DNA of 64,000 bases from Candidatus Izemoplasma sp. (GCA_007132465.1 SLOP01000018.1:2017-66016), one strand, 5' to 3'. Counted from the stretch's first letter, positions 1-9,476 are shown. Notes: generated by a model not told the origin, from the letters alone. Numbers and translations: made by a program.

Positions 1-7
1 TGTTGCG

Positions 8-442
8 ATGAACCGTATCAACGTCATTACCTTAGGCGTCACTGACATAAAGCGCAGTTTAGTGTTTTTTAAAACCCTCGGTTTCGCGACCAGCAAGAGT
101 GAAAAGGATCAACTCGACATCGTCTGGTTTAAAAACCAAGGGTCAATTTTGGCGCTCTACCCGCTTGATGCGCTCGCCGTGGACATCAGTTTGGAAAATC
201 CACCGAAGCGTGAAAAGGGCTTTTCAGGGATGACCTTGGCAATCAATGTCAAGCACAAGGACGAAGTCGATGCGTTGTTGCATCGGGCGAAGGAAGCCGG
301 CGGTGAAATCCTTAAGCCTGCCGAACAGGTGTTTTGGGGTGGATACAGCGGCTATTTTTCCGACCCTGATGGCTATGTGTTTGAGGTGGCGTATTCCGAG
401 CACTTCACGTTTGACAAACAGGGCATGATTATCCAAGATTAA
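8..442 (+). CDS. VOC (glyoxalase/bleomycin-resistance/dioxygenase) family protein
   Basis: 144-aa ORF. The N-terminal INVITLGVTD..FFKTLGF and C-terminal FSDPDGYVFEV segments are typical of the VOC fold. Confidence 0.7.
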   Translation: MNRINVITLGVTDIKRSLVFFKTLGFATSKSEKDQLDIVWFKNQGSILALYPLDALAVDISLENPPKREKGFSGMTLAINVKHKDEVDALLHRAKEAGGEILKPAEQVFWGGYSGYFSDPDGYVFEVAYSEHFTFDKQGMIIQD

Positions 443-455
443 AAAAAACACCGGA

Positions 456-1541
456 TTACTCCGATGCGATAACGACGTTGTTTTTGCCTTTTTCCTTAGC
501 CTGGTAAAGCGCGATGTCGGCGAGTTTATAACTTTCAGCGAACCGTGTTTTGTCGCTTTTGAGCGTGGCGATGCCAATGCTCAAGGTGAGACGCACGGTT
601 TTTTGATGCACATGAAACGGTGTTGTCTCCACGAGGTTTCTGAGACGATCGGCGAGGATTTTTGCGCCTGTGATGTCGGTGTGTGACAACAGAAACATAA
701 ACTCATCGCCACCCCAGCGGCACACGGTGTCGGATTCGCGCACGTGTTGGCGAAAAATTCGCGCGAGGTCTTGAAGGATTTTATCGCCGGCGTCGTGGCC
801 GTCGGTATCGTTGATGGGTTTAAAATCATCGATGTCAATTAACAACAGCGTGGCGGTATGGCCATAGCGCCTATTAATCGCTGCCTCGTGAACAACCTGG
901 CGTTCAAAGTAGCGTCGGTTGGGAAGTTTGGTCAACGCATCGTGCGCTGCGAGGCGATCGAGTTGTTTATTTTGTTTGATGAGTATGCGCATGCGGTGGA
1001 TGTCATTGCGTTTGCTGCTGTAAAAAACATGCGAGGCGTAAAGCACACCCGCAAGCACCACAAAACCATGCAACAACTGCGTCTGCAGCATCTCGTTGTC
1101 CGCTTGAAACATGGCGACTCCCGTGGCATAGAGCGCCGTCGGAGCCCCAAAGATTAAAAGGCCCCATGGTGGGCGCACATAAAGCAGCAAACCAAACGCT
1201 AAAAGATGCACCGGAAACAGTGTCACGTACCCCGATGTCACTTGGTCAAAGAGCGCAATGGTGGCTGAAACCATTAACGTGAGGCCGACGCCGGCGGCGG
1301 GGATGCGTGCCAACCATGGTTTGATTTTTTCAGGGTGATACACCACGAAAAAAATCACCATCGCCGCAGCGTGAAACGCCAGCAGCGCATGCAGGGCATA
1401 AGAGACGCCAACGAGGTCGTGCGTGCTTTCAACCAATCGCACCCGTTCAATCCATACCAAGAACAGCGTCTCAATCACAAGCACACCGGCAAACGCCCCG
1501 ATAAGCCGCGTGCGATTACGCTCGAAAAATCGGCTTCTCAT
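456..1541 (-). CDS. Membrane-bound diguanylate cyclase (GGDEF domain with I-site)
   Basis: The N-terminal ~170 aa are polytopic and hydrophobic. The C-terminus carries LLLIDIDDFKPINDTDGHDAGD and RESD-x4-GGDEF (RWGGDEFMFLL). Its start overlaps the upstream M48 gene stop by 4 nt. Confidence 0.85.
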   Translation of the reverse strand: MRSRFFERNRTRLIGAFAGVLVIETLFLVWIERVRLVESTHDLVGVSYALHALLAFHAAAMVIFFVVYHPEKIKPWLARIPAAGVGLTLMVSATIALFDQVTSGYVTLFPVHLLAFGLLLYVRPPWGLLIFGAPTALYATGVAMFQADNEMLQTQLLHGFVVLAGVLYASHVFYSSKRNDIHRMRILIKQNKQLDRLAAHDALTKLPNRRYFERQVVHEAAINRRYGHTATLLLIDIDDFKPINDTDGHDAGDKILQDLARIFRQHVRESDTVCRWGGDEFMFLLSHTDITGAKILADRLRNLVETTPFHVHQKTVRLTLSIGIATLKSDKTRFAESYKLADIALYQAKEKGKNNVVIASE

Positions 1542-2776
1542 AGCGTGTCAATGGCGCTGACGCGTTCGCTGATGGGGGGATGCGAATAGTGTAAAAACAC
1601 ATAAAGCGGATGCGGGGTCAACTGCGCGAAGTTTTCGCGGCTCAGCACTTTAAGGGCCGATTGCATGGCGGTTTTCTCGGTATGTTTGGCGGCGAAACGG
1701 TCAGCCTTGAACTCGGCTTTGCGGCTTAAGGCGTTGCTGGTGATGCCAATCAGCGTGGTGATTGGGCCAATGATGAACATGAACATCAGCAACATAAACC
1801 CGATGTGTGTGTTGCCTTCAAGTCCGAGGGACGATTGAAACACGTCAATCGCGATAAACGCGTAAAAGAGTCCGAGCAACACAGCGAAGTTCACCATCGA
1901 CATCACAATGTTTCGGGCGACGTCTTTATGTTTGGCATGGGCGATTTCGTGCGCTAAGACAGCGAGGATTTGATCGTTGGACATTTTCTCAAGCAAGGTG
2001 TCAAACAGCACAACGTTTTTGAACCGCCCAAAGCCGGAGAAAAAGGCGTTGAGTTTGCTTGAACGACGTGAAGCGTCCATGATTTGGATTTTCCGAATTT
2101 CATAGTTTTGTGCCTTTGCAAACGATTCAATGCGCGTTTTGAGTTCACCGTCTTCAAGCGGCGTGAGTTTGTTGAAAAGCGGAAGCCACAAGGTGGTGAG
2201 GGTCATGTTGATGAACAAGAACACCACCAGCAATACCCCGAACACGATGGGCAGCGCAAAGCCACTGTCGATGCGTGTGAAGATGTCGGTGATCAGCGCG
2301 AGGATGCCGCCGCCAAAGAGCACTGTCAACACAATTGCTTTGAGACGGTCGGTCACAAACGTTTTGGTTGTCGCGCGGTTGAACCCATAGCGGTTTTCGA
2401 TTGAAAACGTGTCGTAGTAGGCAATCGGCAGATGAAAGACGGTGTTCAGGGCATAAAGCAGCCCGAGAAACACGAGCGTTTCCATGATCGAACCAGCGCT
2501 TATGTCGCGTGAATACTCGGCGAGCCAGGCATACCCACCAAAGACAAGCATCGCCACGACAAACGCAAACGCAACGGCCGAGCTAATGAGGTTGAGACGT
2601 GATTTTTCACGGGAGTAAGCGAGCCACTTGGTGTAGGCTTCGGTGTCGTAGACGTCCTTGACGTTGTCGGGCACAGGGCGTTCTCGCGCCTTGTCGTTGA
2701 GGTGTGAGGCGAAGAACTGAAACAGGTTGTACACAATAATCAGCAAAACAAAAGCAATGAACCACGTGTTTTCCAT
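1538..2776 (-). CDS. M48-family (Ste24/HtpX-like) integral-membrane zinc metalloprotease
   Basis: HEXXH motif HEIAHAKH lies between TM segments, and the C-terminus carries E(F)KADRFA, typical of M48. RBS GAGGAGG lies upstream of the ATG. Confidence 0.85.
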   Translation of the reverse strand: MENTWFIAFVLLIIVYNLFQFFASHLNDKARERPVPDNVKDVYDTEAYTKWLAYSREKSRLNLISSAVAFAFVVAMLVFGGYAWLAEYSRDISAGSIMETLVFLGLLYALNTVFHLPIAYYDTFSIENRYGFNRATTKTFVTDRLKAIVLTVLFGGGILALITDIFTRIDSGFALPIVFGVLLVVFLFINMTLTTLWLPLFNKLTPLEDGELKTRIESFAKAQNYEIRKIQIMDASRRSSKLNAFFSGFGRFKNVVLFDTLLEKMSNDQILAVLAHEIAHAKHKDVARNIVMSMVNFAVLLGLFYAFIAIDVFQSSLGLEGNTHIGFMLLMFMFIIGPITTLIGITSNALSRKAEFKADRFAAKHTEKTAMQSALKVLSRENFAQLTPHPLYVFLHYSHPPISERVSAIDTL

Positions 2777-2795
2777 GTGAACCTCCTCTGGTCAG

Positions 2796-3014
2796 TTATT
2801 GTTGGTTGTTGGTTTTAATAAAGACGCGGGCGATGATGTACATCCAACTTAACGCAAACACCATCCAAACCACAGTAATGATTGAGTTGAAAAAGTCGTA
2901 GAGGTACACGCCAAAGATGACGCCGACGGTAACTAAAAACAGCTTTAAGACAAGCACATCAACGGGGCTAAACTTTCGGATGGCACTCGCTAAATAAGCA
3001 ATCCACTCACGCAT
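2796..3014 (-). CDS. Small two-TM membrane protein, function unknown
   Basis: 72-aa ORF with two hydrophobic helices and RBS AAGGAGGA 5 nt upstream. It sits inside a co-directional operon. Confidence 0.5.
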   Translation of the reverse strand: MREWIAYLASAIRKFSPVDVLVLKLFLVTVGVIFGVYLYDFFNSIITVVWMVFALSWMYIIARVFIKTNNQQ

Positions 3015-3063
3015 TTGACATCCTCCTTAACTAAGACATTGTTAAGACACATCGTGCAATGCC

Positions 3064-3822
3064 TCACCAGACACGACGGTCGTCATCGTCATCGTCATCG
3101 TCGACGATTTCGATGTAATCATACGGGTCGTCAGACTCGTAATCTTGCTCATGTTGATAAGGGTCATACGGATCGGAAAAGCCTTTGCGCCGCCCCGGAT
3201 GAGCGCGCTTTAAGCCTAAGACTGCCGCAATCGCAAAACCGCTTACCAGCCCACCCAAATGGGCGGTTGTAGAGATTTGCGGGCTTAAAAAGGTAAAAAT
3301 GACGTTGATGAGAATGATCGAGCGAATGCTTGAAATGTCTTGAGGACTGAACCACTCGCTTTTGTATAAGGTAAGGAAGAAAAGCACCCCGAGGACACCG
3401 AAGATGGCACCGCTAGCACCGACGCCCACCGGCCATGGTGGCGACACAAAATTGAGTTCATAGACGTAGGTGATGAAACTTGCGCCGATGCCGCTGATGA
3501 AATAGATGATGGCGAACTTACGGGAGCCGATCAGACGTTCTAAGGCACTGGATAGTATGTAGAGTCCAAAAAGCGTATTAAAGAGAAAGTGGATTAATCC
3601 ACTATGTAAAAACATCACGGTCACAAACCGCCAATATTCGCCCTCAAAGTGGACGTAGTACGTGTGAAGACCACCGATTTCAAGCAGTTCGCTTGGTGTG
3701 GGACTCAACCCATAAAGCACGGTGGTGATCAGGAACATCACCGTGACGGCCACGACTAAGCCAAACGTCACCGGCGCACTGCGGGCAAACCGTTTCAGGG
3801 CGTTTTCGTTGGTATCGAACAT
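3064..3822 (-). CDS. Rhomboid-family intramembrane serine protease with poly-Asp C-terminal tail
   Basis: Six TM segments. Catalytic GASGAIFG and the downstream HLGGL His motif are present. The tail reads IEIVDDDDDDDDRRVW. Confidence 0.85.
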   Translation of the reverse strand: MFDTNENALKRFARSAPVTFGLVVAVTVMFLITTVLYGLSPTPSELLEIGGLHTYYVHFEGEYWRFVTVMFLHSGLIHFLFNTLFGLYILSSALERLIGSRKFAIIYFISGIGASFITYVYELNFVSPPWPVGVGASGAIFGVLGVLFFLTLYKSEWFSPQDISSIRSIILINVIFTFLSPQISTTAHLGGLVSGFAIAAVLGLKRAHPGRRKGFSDPYDPYQHEQDYESDDPYDYIEIVDDDDDDDDRRVW

Positions 3823-3823
3823 C

Positions 3824-4930
3824 TTACATCAATCCTTTCGGCGCATACACGATAAAGGGCACGCGCATTTCATCGGGTGTCGTGGCGGCGTGATGGGCTT
3901 TAAAGGCGGTGCCGCTCACCAGTTCAAAATACTTGTTTGATTTCGCTACGGCCATGAAATCACCAATCGTGTCATCGACCAGTGGGTGTTTTTCACCGTA
4001 ACCAAGCATGCCGCTTTCAAGCACGTACGCGGCGGTATACAGGGTGAAATCATCGCCGTAGCAGGCGTTAAATCGTGTCGTGAATGCTTCGTGACGACCG
4101 GGTTTAACGAAAAACGCCGTGGCCCGTGGCTCCACCGCGGGAGGGCGGAGGAAGGTGTTGCATAGGGCGTGATCTTGCATCAGGTTGATCGGCGTAACGT
4201 CGGTTAGGCCATGGTCAGCGGTCGCCACCAACAGGCACTCCCGATCCATCGTTTCTGCGAAGTGTCGCATCGCGGCGTCGAGGTGCTTGATGACCGTACG
4301 CGTTTCGGCGCTGTGGACACCGTGGGCGTGTTCGGTCAAGTCCGGTTCGGTCGAATACAGATAAACCACCGTACGCGCATGGGCGGTTTGAAAAGCCTTA
4401 ACGCGCTCAAAACCTTGGTCGAGTGTCACGTGGCCACCGCCTTCGATGGGGTCGGGGAACAGATGTGCCGTGGCGATGTTGTCATGTTCATCATCGATTC
4501 GGTCGAGCACCCGTTCATGGGTGAATTTCGCATGAACAGAGGGGGGGATATATTTGGCGGGATCATAGTAATCTTTCTTTAAAAACACGGTGTAATGCGT
4601 GGCTTCAGGTTGCACGTATTGAAACCACCCGATGTGGCCACTTTCAAGCGGCGTCATTCCCGTCAAAAGCGAGGTTGTTGCGGCGACGGTGGTGGAGGGG
4701 AAGGTTGATTGTAGCGTGTCGACGGTGTGCTGTTTTAACCAGAAACCATCGTCCATGGCCTCAATCAGGTTCATGCCTAAGCCATCGAGCACGACAAAGA
4801 CGACATGCGTGTAATCGTGGGCTAACGTTCTAGCAAACACAGGGTTGACCGGATGCAACGTCGGTAAGCCAAAGTGCTTGAGCAGCGTCGCCGGTAAGGT
4901 CACAATCGAGCGAGTGTAATCCATCAACAT
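3824..4930 (-). CDS. Alkaline-phosphatase-superfamily phosphodiesterase/nucleotide pyrophosphatase-like protein
   Basis: Motifs VVLDGLG, TFPSTTVAATTSLLTG and ATADHG match metal-ligand blocks of the type-I phosphodiesterase/NPP family. Start trimmed to the ATG at 4930, which has GGAGG 8 nt upstream; the ORF track extends to 5014. Confidence 0.7.
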   Translation of the reverse strand: MLMDYTRSIVTLPATLLKHFGLPTLHPVNPVFARTLAHDYTHVVFVVLDGLGMNLIEAMDDGFWLKQHTVDTLQSTFPSTTVAATTSLLTGMTPLESGHIGWFQYVQPEATHYTVFLKKDYYDPAKYIPPSVHAKFTHERVLDRIDDEHDNIATAHLFPDPIEGGGHVTLDQGFERVKAFQTAHARTVVYLYSTEPDLTEHAHGVHSAETRTVIKHLDAAMRHFAETMDRECLLVATADHGLTDVTPINLMQDHALCNTFLRPPAVEPRATAFFVKPGRHEAFTTRFNACYGDDFTLYTAAYVLESGMLGYGEKHPLVDDTIGDFMAVAKSNKYFELVSGTAFKAHHAATTPDEMRVPFIVYAPKGLM

Positions 4931-5047
4931 AATGAAAACCTCCGCACCTCTAGTGTATAGTTTGCGAGGCCGTTTTTCAAGAAAAACAGCTCCTGCTGGT
5001 TGTGCCTCACACAAACGGTGTTATAATCGGATTGAAGGAGTGATACG

Positions 5048-6211
5048 ATGATTAACTTTACCTACCAAAACCCCACGCGCATCGTCTTTGGCAACGATCA
5101 AATTGCGGCGCTAGAAGATCTCATGCGCGAGCATCAAGGCAAACGTGTGCTGTTCGTCTACGGTCAGCAGTCGATTAAAGATTTAGGGATATACGACCGT
5201 GTGCTCGACACACTCTCAGCCTTAGATATCACCGTTATTGAAGAAGCCGGTGTCCGTCCTAACCCAAGCATGGAAAGCGTCAGTTCCGGACGTAAAAAGT
5301 GCCTTGAACACAACGTTGATTTCGTGCTGGCCGCCGGTGGTGGGTCGGTGCTTGATGCGGCGAAGGCTATCGCCTTTGCGGCAACGATGGACGCAGCCGA
5401 TGTCTGGCGTGTTTTTTTGCGGGAAACCGACGCCAAAGGCGCGTTGCCGATTGGCACGATTTTAACGCTTGCTGCCACGGGCAGTGAAGCCAACGGCAAC
5501 ACCGTCATCACCAACGACGCCACGGAGGAAAAGCGCAGCGTCGCTTACCCGTTTTTATACCCACAGTTTTCCATCATCGACCCCGCCTACACCATGAGCG
5601 TTAACGAACACTACACCATCGCCGGGTCGGTCGACGTCATCATGCACGTCTTTGAACAATACTTTAGCCCTACCAAGCGAACTGAAACAAGCGATCACAT
5701 GTCCCTTGGTGTGATTAAAAGTGTCATCGAAAACACCGAGCGCATCCTTCGTGGTGAGGACGATTACCAAACCCGCGCCAACATCTCCTGGGCGGCGACG
5801 CTCGGGCTGAATTGGTTGCTGCAAGCAGGTAAGGTTGGCGATTGGGCAACCCATCGCTTGTCATACCCGATTACCCAACGCTTCGGCATCACCCATGGGT
5901 TCGCCTTGTCGGCGATTTTCCCAGCGTGGCTCGAAACGGCGCTCAAGCACAACCCTGCAGTGATGGAACCTCGGTTGGCGTTTTTAGGCCGCGAGCTCTT
6001 TCACGATGAGAACCCCGCCCGCACCATCGGGCACATTCGCGATGTATTCAAACGCTTTAATGCGCCCGTCACCTTAAAAGATGCCGGCTGCACGCTTGAG
6101 GCAAGCACAATCGACTATTTCGTGGACAACGCCCTGGCGCTTGGACCGGTGGGCACCGTGGTTGAAATTAATGAGGATGTTGCCCGCGAACTCTTTGAGC
6201 GTGCGCGCTAA
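5048..6211 (+). CDS. Iron-containing (group III) alcohol dehydrogenase, butanol-dehydrogenase/YqhD-like
   Basis: GGGSVLDAAKAIA nucleotide-binding motif and conserved His-rich metal site (HVFEQY, THRLSYP). RBS GAAGGAG. Confidence 0.9.
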   Translation: MINFTYQNPTRIVFGNDQIAALEDLMREHQGKRVLFVYGQQSIKDLGIYDRVLDTLSALDITVIEEAGVRPNPSMESVSSGRKKCLEHNVDFVLAAGGGSVLDAAKAIAFAATMDAADVWRVFLRETDAKGALPIGTILTLAATGSEANGNTVITNDATEEKRSVAYPFLYPQFSIIDPAYTMSVNEHYTIAGSVDVIMHVFEQYFSPTKRTETSDHMSLGVIKSVIENTERILRGEDDYQTRANISWAATLGLNWLLQAGKVGDWATHRLSYPITQRFGITHGFALSAIFPAWLETALKHNPAVMEPRLAFLGRELFHDENPARTIGHIRDVFKRFNAPVTLKDAGCTLEASTIDYFVDNALALGPVGTVVEINEDVARELFERAR

Positions 6212-6221
6212 GCGAACGCCA

Positions 6222-6250
6222 TTGTCAAGGGGCGCGTCCTGTGTTAAACT
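6222..6250 (+). promoter_or_regulatory. Sigma-A-type promoter of the encapsulin operon
   Basis: TTGTCA (6222-6227), 17-nt spacer, TGt-TAAACT extended -10 (6242-6250). It lies 30 nt upstream of the EncFtn start. Confidence 0.55.
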
Positions 6251-6280
6251 GAAAGGGAGTACGATAAGGAGGAATGTTTC

Positions 6281-6622
6281 ATGGATCAATACCACGAACC
6301 CTATGACCTGCTCGATGACGATACCCGCGACATCACGCGAGCGATCAAAAGCTTAATGGAAGAACTCGAAGCCGTCGACTGGTACAACCAGCGCATGGCG
6401 GTTACCCAAGACGAGGAACTCAAAGCCATCTTAAAACACAACCGCGACGAAGAAGTCGAACACGCCGCCATGGCCCTTGAATGGTTGCGCCGCAAGTTGC
6501 CTGTGTTTGATGATGAACTGCGTGAAAATCTATTTAAAGAGGGACCGATCAGCGGCCACCACGGCGATGAAGCCGGCGATGAAACACCCGCCAAAAGCTT
6601 GAAAATCGGTTCGCTCAAATAA
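6281..6622 (+). CDS. Encapsulated ferritin (EncFtn/Flp) cargo protein with C-terminal encapsulin targeting peptide
   Basis: Short ferritin-like two-helix core (EELEAVDWYNQR ... DEEVEHAAMALEWL with an ExxH metal motif). A Gly/Pro/acidic linker follows, then a C-terminal SLKIGSLK resembling the LxIGSLK-type cargo-loading peptide. The gene lies immediately upstream of the shell gene. Confidence 0.85.
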   Translation: MDQYHEPYDLLDDDTRDITRAIKSLMEELEAVDWYNQRMAVTQDEELKAILKHNRDEEVEHAAMALEWLRRKLPVFDDELRENLFKEGPISGHHGDEAGDETPAKSLKIGSLK

Positions 6623-6636
6623 GAGGAGGGACGCAC

Positions 6637-7437
6637 GTGGATCTGTTTAAACAACATTTAGCCCCCATCGCCGAAGAGGCATGGGACGAGATTAACGAGA
6701 CCGCTGAAAAAGTACTTAAAACCACACTTTCAGCTCGAAAAGTGCTGCGCGTACAAGGCCCCGTAGGGTTAAAAACCCCAGCGCTGCCCACCGGCACGCT
6801 TGAGTTGATTGACGAAAACCAAGGCGGCGTCTCCGCCGGCCTATACAACGTTAATCGCATTCTCGAAAGTCGGGTTACCACGTCACTCAACCGTTGGGAA
6901 CTCGACAACGTTGTCCGCGGCAAAAAAGACGTCGACCTTGACGCGCTTGAAGACGACGCTGAAGCGCTTGCGCTTTATGAGGAAAACGCGATTTACAACG
7001 GGAACAAAAAAGCCGGCATCAAAGGTCTCGTCGATTACGCGCCCCACAAATTGTCGATGAACGACGACGCTAACACCATCTTACAAGCGATTGCCGAGGG
7101 CTTGTTGAAGTTAGAAAGCGCGTACACCGAGAAACCTTATGTGCTCGTCGTCGGCGACGATGTCTTTAAGGTCATCAACCAAGTGTACGACGGCAAACTG
7201 CTCGTCGACGCCATTGAAACTTTGATTGAAGGCGCCGTCGTCCACTCGAAAGTGTTAAAAGGCGCATTGCTTTTGCCTTTTGATCACGAAGACCTCGAAC
7301 TGACGATTGGCCAAGACTACACCATTGGCTATGAAGGCCACACCGACAAGGAAGTTACGCTCTTCATCATGAATAGCTTTACCTTCCGTGTCTATGACGA
7401 AAACTTGATTGTCTACTACAAGTACTACAAGAAATAA
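6637..7437 (+). CDS. Family-1 encapsulin shell protein (linocin M18-like, HK97 fold)
   Basis: 266 aa. The N-terminus MDLFKQHLAPIAEEAWDEINETA parallels the Thermotoga encapsulin N-terminus ([20 protein letters not shown]). Conserved blocks WELDNVVRGKKDVDLDALE and IGYEGHTDKEVTLFIMNSFTFRV are present. GTG start with RBS GAGGAGGG. Confidence 0.9.
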   Translation: MDLFKQHLAPIAEEAWDEINETAEKVLKTTLSARKVLRVQGPVGLKTPALPTGTLELIDENQGGVSAGLYNVNRILESRVTTSLNRWELDNVVRGKKDVDLDALEDDAEALALYEENAIYNGNKKAGIKGLVDYAPHKLSMNDDANTILQAIAEGLLKLESAYTEKPYVLVVGDDVFKVINQVYDGKLLVDAIETLIEGAVVHSKVLKGALLLPFDHEDLELTIGQDYTIGYEGHTDKEVTLFIMNSFTFRVYDENLIVYYKYYKK

Positions 7438-7444
7438 CACCGGG

Positions 7445-7471
7445 AAGGTGCATTTTTGCACCTTTTCTTTT
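7445..7471 (+). terminator. Rho-independent terminator after the encapsulin gene
   Basis: GGTGCA-TTTT-TGCACC stem-loop followed by TTTTCTTTT. Confidence 0.8.
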
Positions 7472-7488
7472 CGGGAAAGAGGGATAAT

Positions 7489-9453
7489 TTGGATTACGAA
7501 CGCAAATACCTTGAATTGCTGTCACGGGAATTTCCCACTGTGCAAGCAGCTTCGACGGAGTTCATCAACTTAAACGCCATCATTAACTTGCCCAAAGGGA
7601 CCGAACACTTCATCACGGACATTCACGGAGAATACGACGCCTTTAATCACATTTTGAAAAACGCTTCGGGCATCATTAAAGAAAAAATCACCGGCCAATT
7701 TCCTTCGATGAAAGACGCCGACAAAAACCGGCTCGCGTTTTTTATCTACTACCCGACAGACATGCTCGATAAATACCAACAACAGCTGTCAAAACCAGCC
7801 TTCAAAACGCTGCTTCGAGAAATGCTTGAGAAGATGGTCGTCATGGCTAAACATCTGGCGACGAAGTACACTAAGAGTCACGTGCGAAAAATGCTTCCTG
7901 AAGAGTTTTCCTACATCATTCAAGAGTTGCTGTACGAATCGGCCGATCACGAAGATAAAGAACGTTACTACCATGCCATCATCGACGCGATTTTTGACAC
8001 CGAACGGGAAAATAAGTTCATTTTGCAGCTGAGCCGTTTCATCCGTAAATTGGCGATTGACCGGTTGCACGTGGTGGGTGACATCTTCGACCGCGGGCCG
8101 AGCCCGCATTTGGTGATGGAAAAACTTACCACCATGAAACACGTCGACGTCCAGTGGGGCAACCACGACATCATTTGGATGGGCGCCGCAAGCGGCTCTG
8201 AGGTATGCATCGCCAACGTCGTGCGCATCGCCGCCCGCTACAACAACCTTGACTGCCTTGAGGATGGGTATGGGATAAATTTACTGCCCTTGGCGCGTTT
8301 TGCGTCGAAAACCTACGATGACGATCCGTGCACGCTGTTTTTGCCTAAAAGTTCCACCGATTACACACACGACGATGACGAACGCTCGTTTGTCGCCAAA
8401 ATGCACAAAGCCATCGCCATCATTCAATTTAAACTTGAACGAGACGTGGCACTACGCAACCCTGCTTTCAACCTTCACAATCGCATGGTGCTTGAACACA
8501 TCGACCCCACCTTAGGCACCATCACCCTGGATAGCGAAACTTACCCGCTTAAAGACACGCGGTTTCCGACCGTTAATTTCGCCAACGATCCCTACGCGTT
8601 AACCCAGGAAGAACGCGATGTCATCAGCCATCTTAGGCACCTTTTCTTGCACAACGAGATGCTGCAAAAGCACGTCAAGTTCCTGTTCCAACGCGGCAGC
8701 ATGATTCACAAATACAACGATAACTTGCTTTTCCACGCCGCCGTGCCGCTCAATGATGACGGCAGCTTCATGACACAAAAAATCGACGGCACCGCTTTCG
8801 GCGGCAAAGCTCTCTTTAACGAATACGAAAAGAAGATTCGCCACGCTTACTTGCATCGCTATCGCAAACACAACCCGGAAAAAGACTATTTCATGATGCT
8901 TTGGCAAGGCGCCACCAGCCCGCTCTTTGCCAAACACACGATGAAAACCTTTGAACGCTATTTTCTTGACGACCCCAAACCGCGTGAAGAAATCAAGAAC
9001 CCTTACTTCTACCTGCGCATGGAAGATGAACACCTCGATACGATTTTCGAGGCGTTTGGTTTAAACAAGGACCGCTCCAAAATTGTCAACGGTCACGTGC
9101 CAATGGACATCACCAAAGGCGAGGCCCCCATTATCAACAACCGGCGTATCTACTCAATCGATGGTGGCATGTCCAAACAATACGCCGCGCAAACATCCAT
9201 CGGCGGCTACACCTTAATCAGCGACTCATACGCCTACTACCTCGTCAGCCACGAACGGTTTCCTTCACACTCGCAACTCATCCACGATGAGCGCGACATC
9301 GTCTCGGTTACCCGTGATGAAGCGATCAACCATCGCCGGACCTATATCTACGACACCGACAAAGGCAAGCAACTGAAAAACCGCATCGACGACCTTGCTA
9401 AACTCATCGACGCATACCGACGTGGCATCATCAAAGAAAAATCCGACGAATAG
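7489..9453 (+). CDS. fbp: Fructose-1,6-bisphosphatase class 3
   Basis: Strong resemblance along its length to B. subtilis Fbp (LPKGTEHFITDIHGEYDAF, HVVGDIFDRGP, VQWGNHDIIWMGAASGS, INGHVP). TTG start at 7489 chosen because it follows the terminator and RBS GAGGG. The ORF-track start at 7456 lies inside the terminator hairpin. Confidence 0.9.
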   Translation: MDYERKYLELLSREFPTVQAASTEFINLNAIINLPKGTEHFITDIHGEYDAFNHILKNASGIIKEKITGQFPSMKDADKNRLAFFIYYPTDMLDKYQQQLSKPAFKTLLREMLEKMVVMAKHLATKYTKSHVRKMLPEEFSYIIQELLYESADHEDKERYYHAIIDAIFDTERENKFILQLSRFIRKLAIDRLHVVGDIFDRGPSPHLVMEKLTTMKHVDVQWGNHDIIWMGAASGSEVCIANVVRIAARYNNLDCLEDGYGINLLPLARFASKTYDDDPCTLFLPKSSTDYTHDDDERSFVAKMHKAIAIIQFKLERDVALRNPAFNLHNRMVLEHIDPTLGTITLDSETYPLKDTRFPTVNFANDPYALTQEERDVISHLRHLFLHNEMLQKHVKFLFQRGSMIHKYNDNLLFHAAVPLNDDGSFMTQKIDGTAFGGKALFNEYEKKIRHAYLHRYRKHNPEKDYFMMLWQGATSPLFAKHTMKTFERYFLDDPKPREEIKNPYFYLRMEDEHLDTIFEAFGLNKDRSKIVNGHVPMDITKGEAPIINNRRIYSIDGGMSKQYAAQTSIGGYTLISDSYAYYLVSHERFPSHSQLIHDERDIVSVTRDEAINHRRTYIYDTDKGKQLKNRIDDLAKLIDAYRRGIIKEKSDE

Positions 9454-9476
9454 ACGCGACCACAGTCGCGTTTTTC
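9454..9476 (+). terminator. Rho-independent terminator after fbp
   Basis: ACGCGAC-CACA-GTCGCGT followed by TTTTT. Confidence 0.8.

Noticed and set aside
5048-9453. Whether the flanking Fe-alcohol dehydrogenase or FBPase are additional encapsulin cargos
   Set aside because: Neither protein ends in a GSL-type targeting peptide (the C-termini are ...ELFERAR and ...IKEKSDE). Both are separated from the encapsulin pair by a promoter or a terminator.
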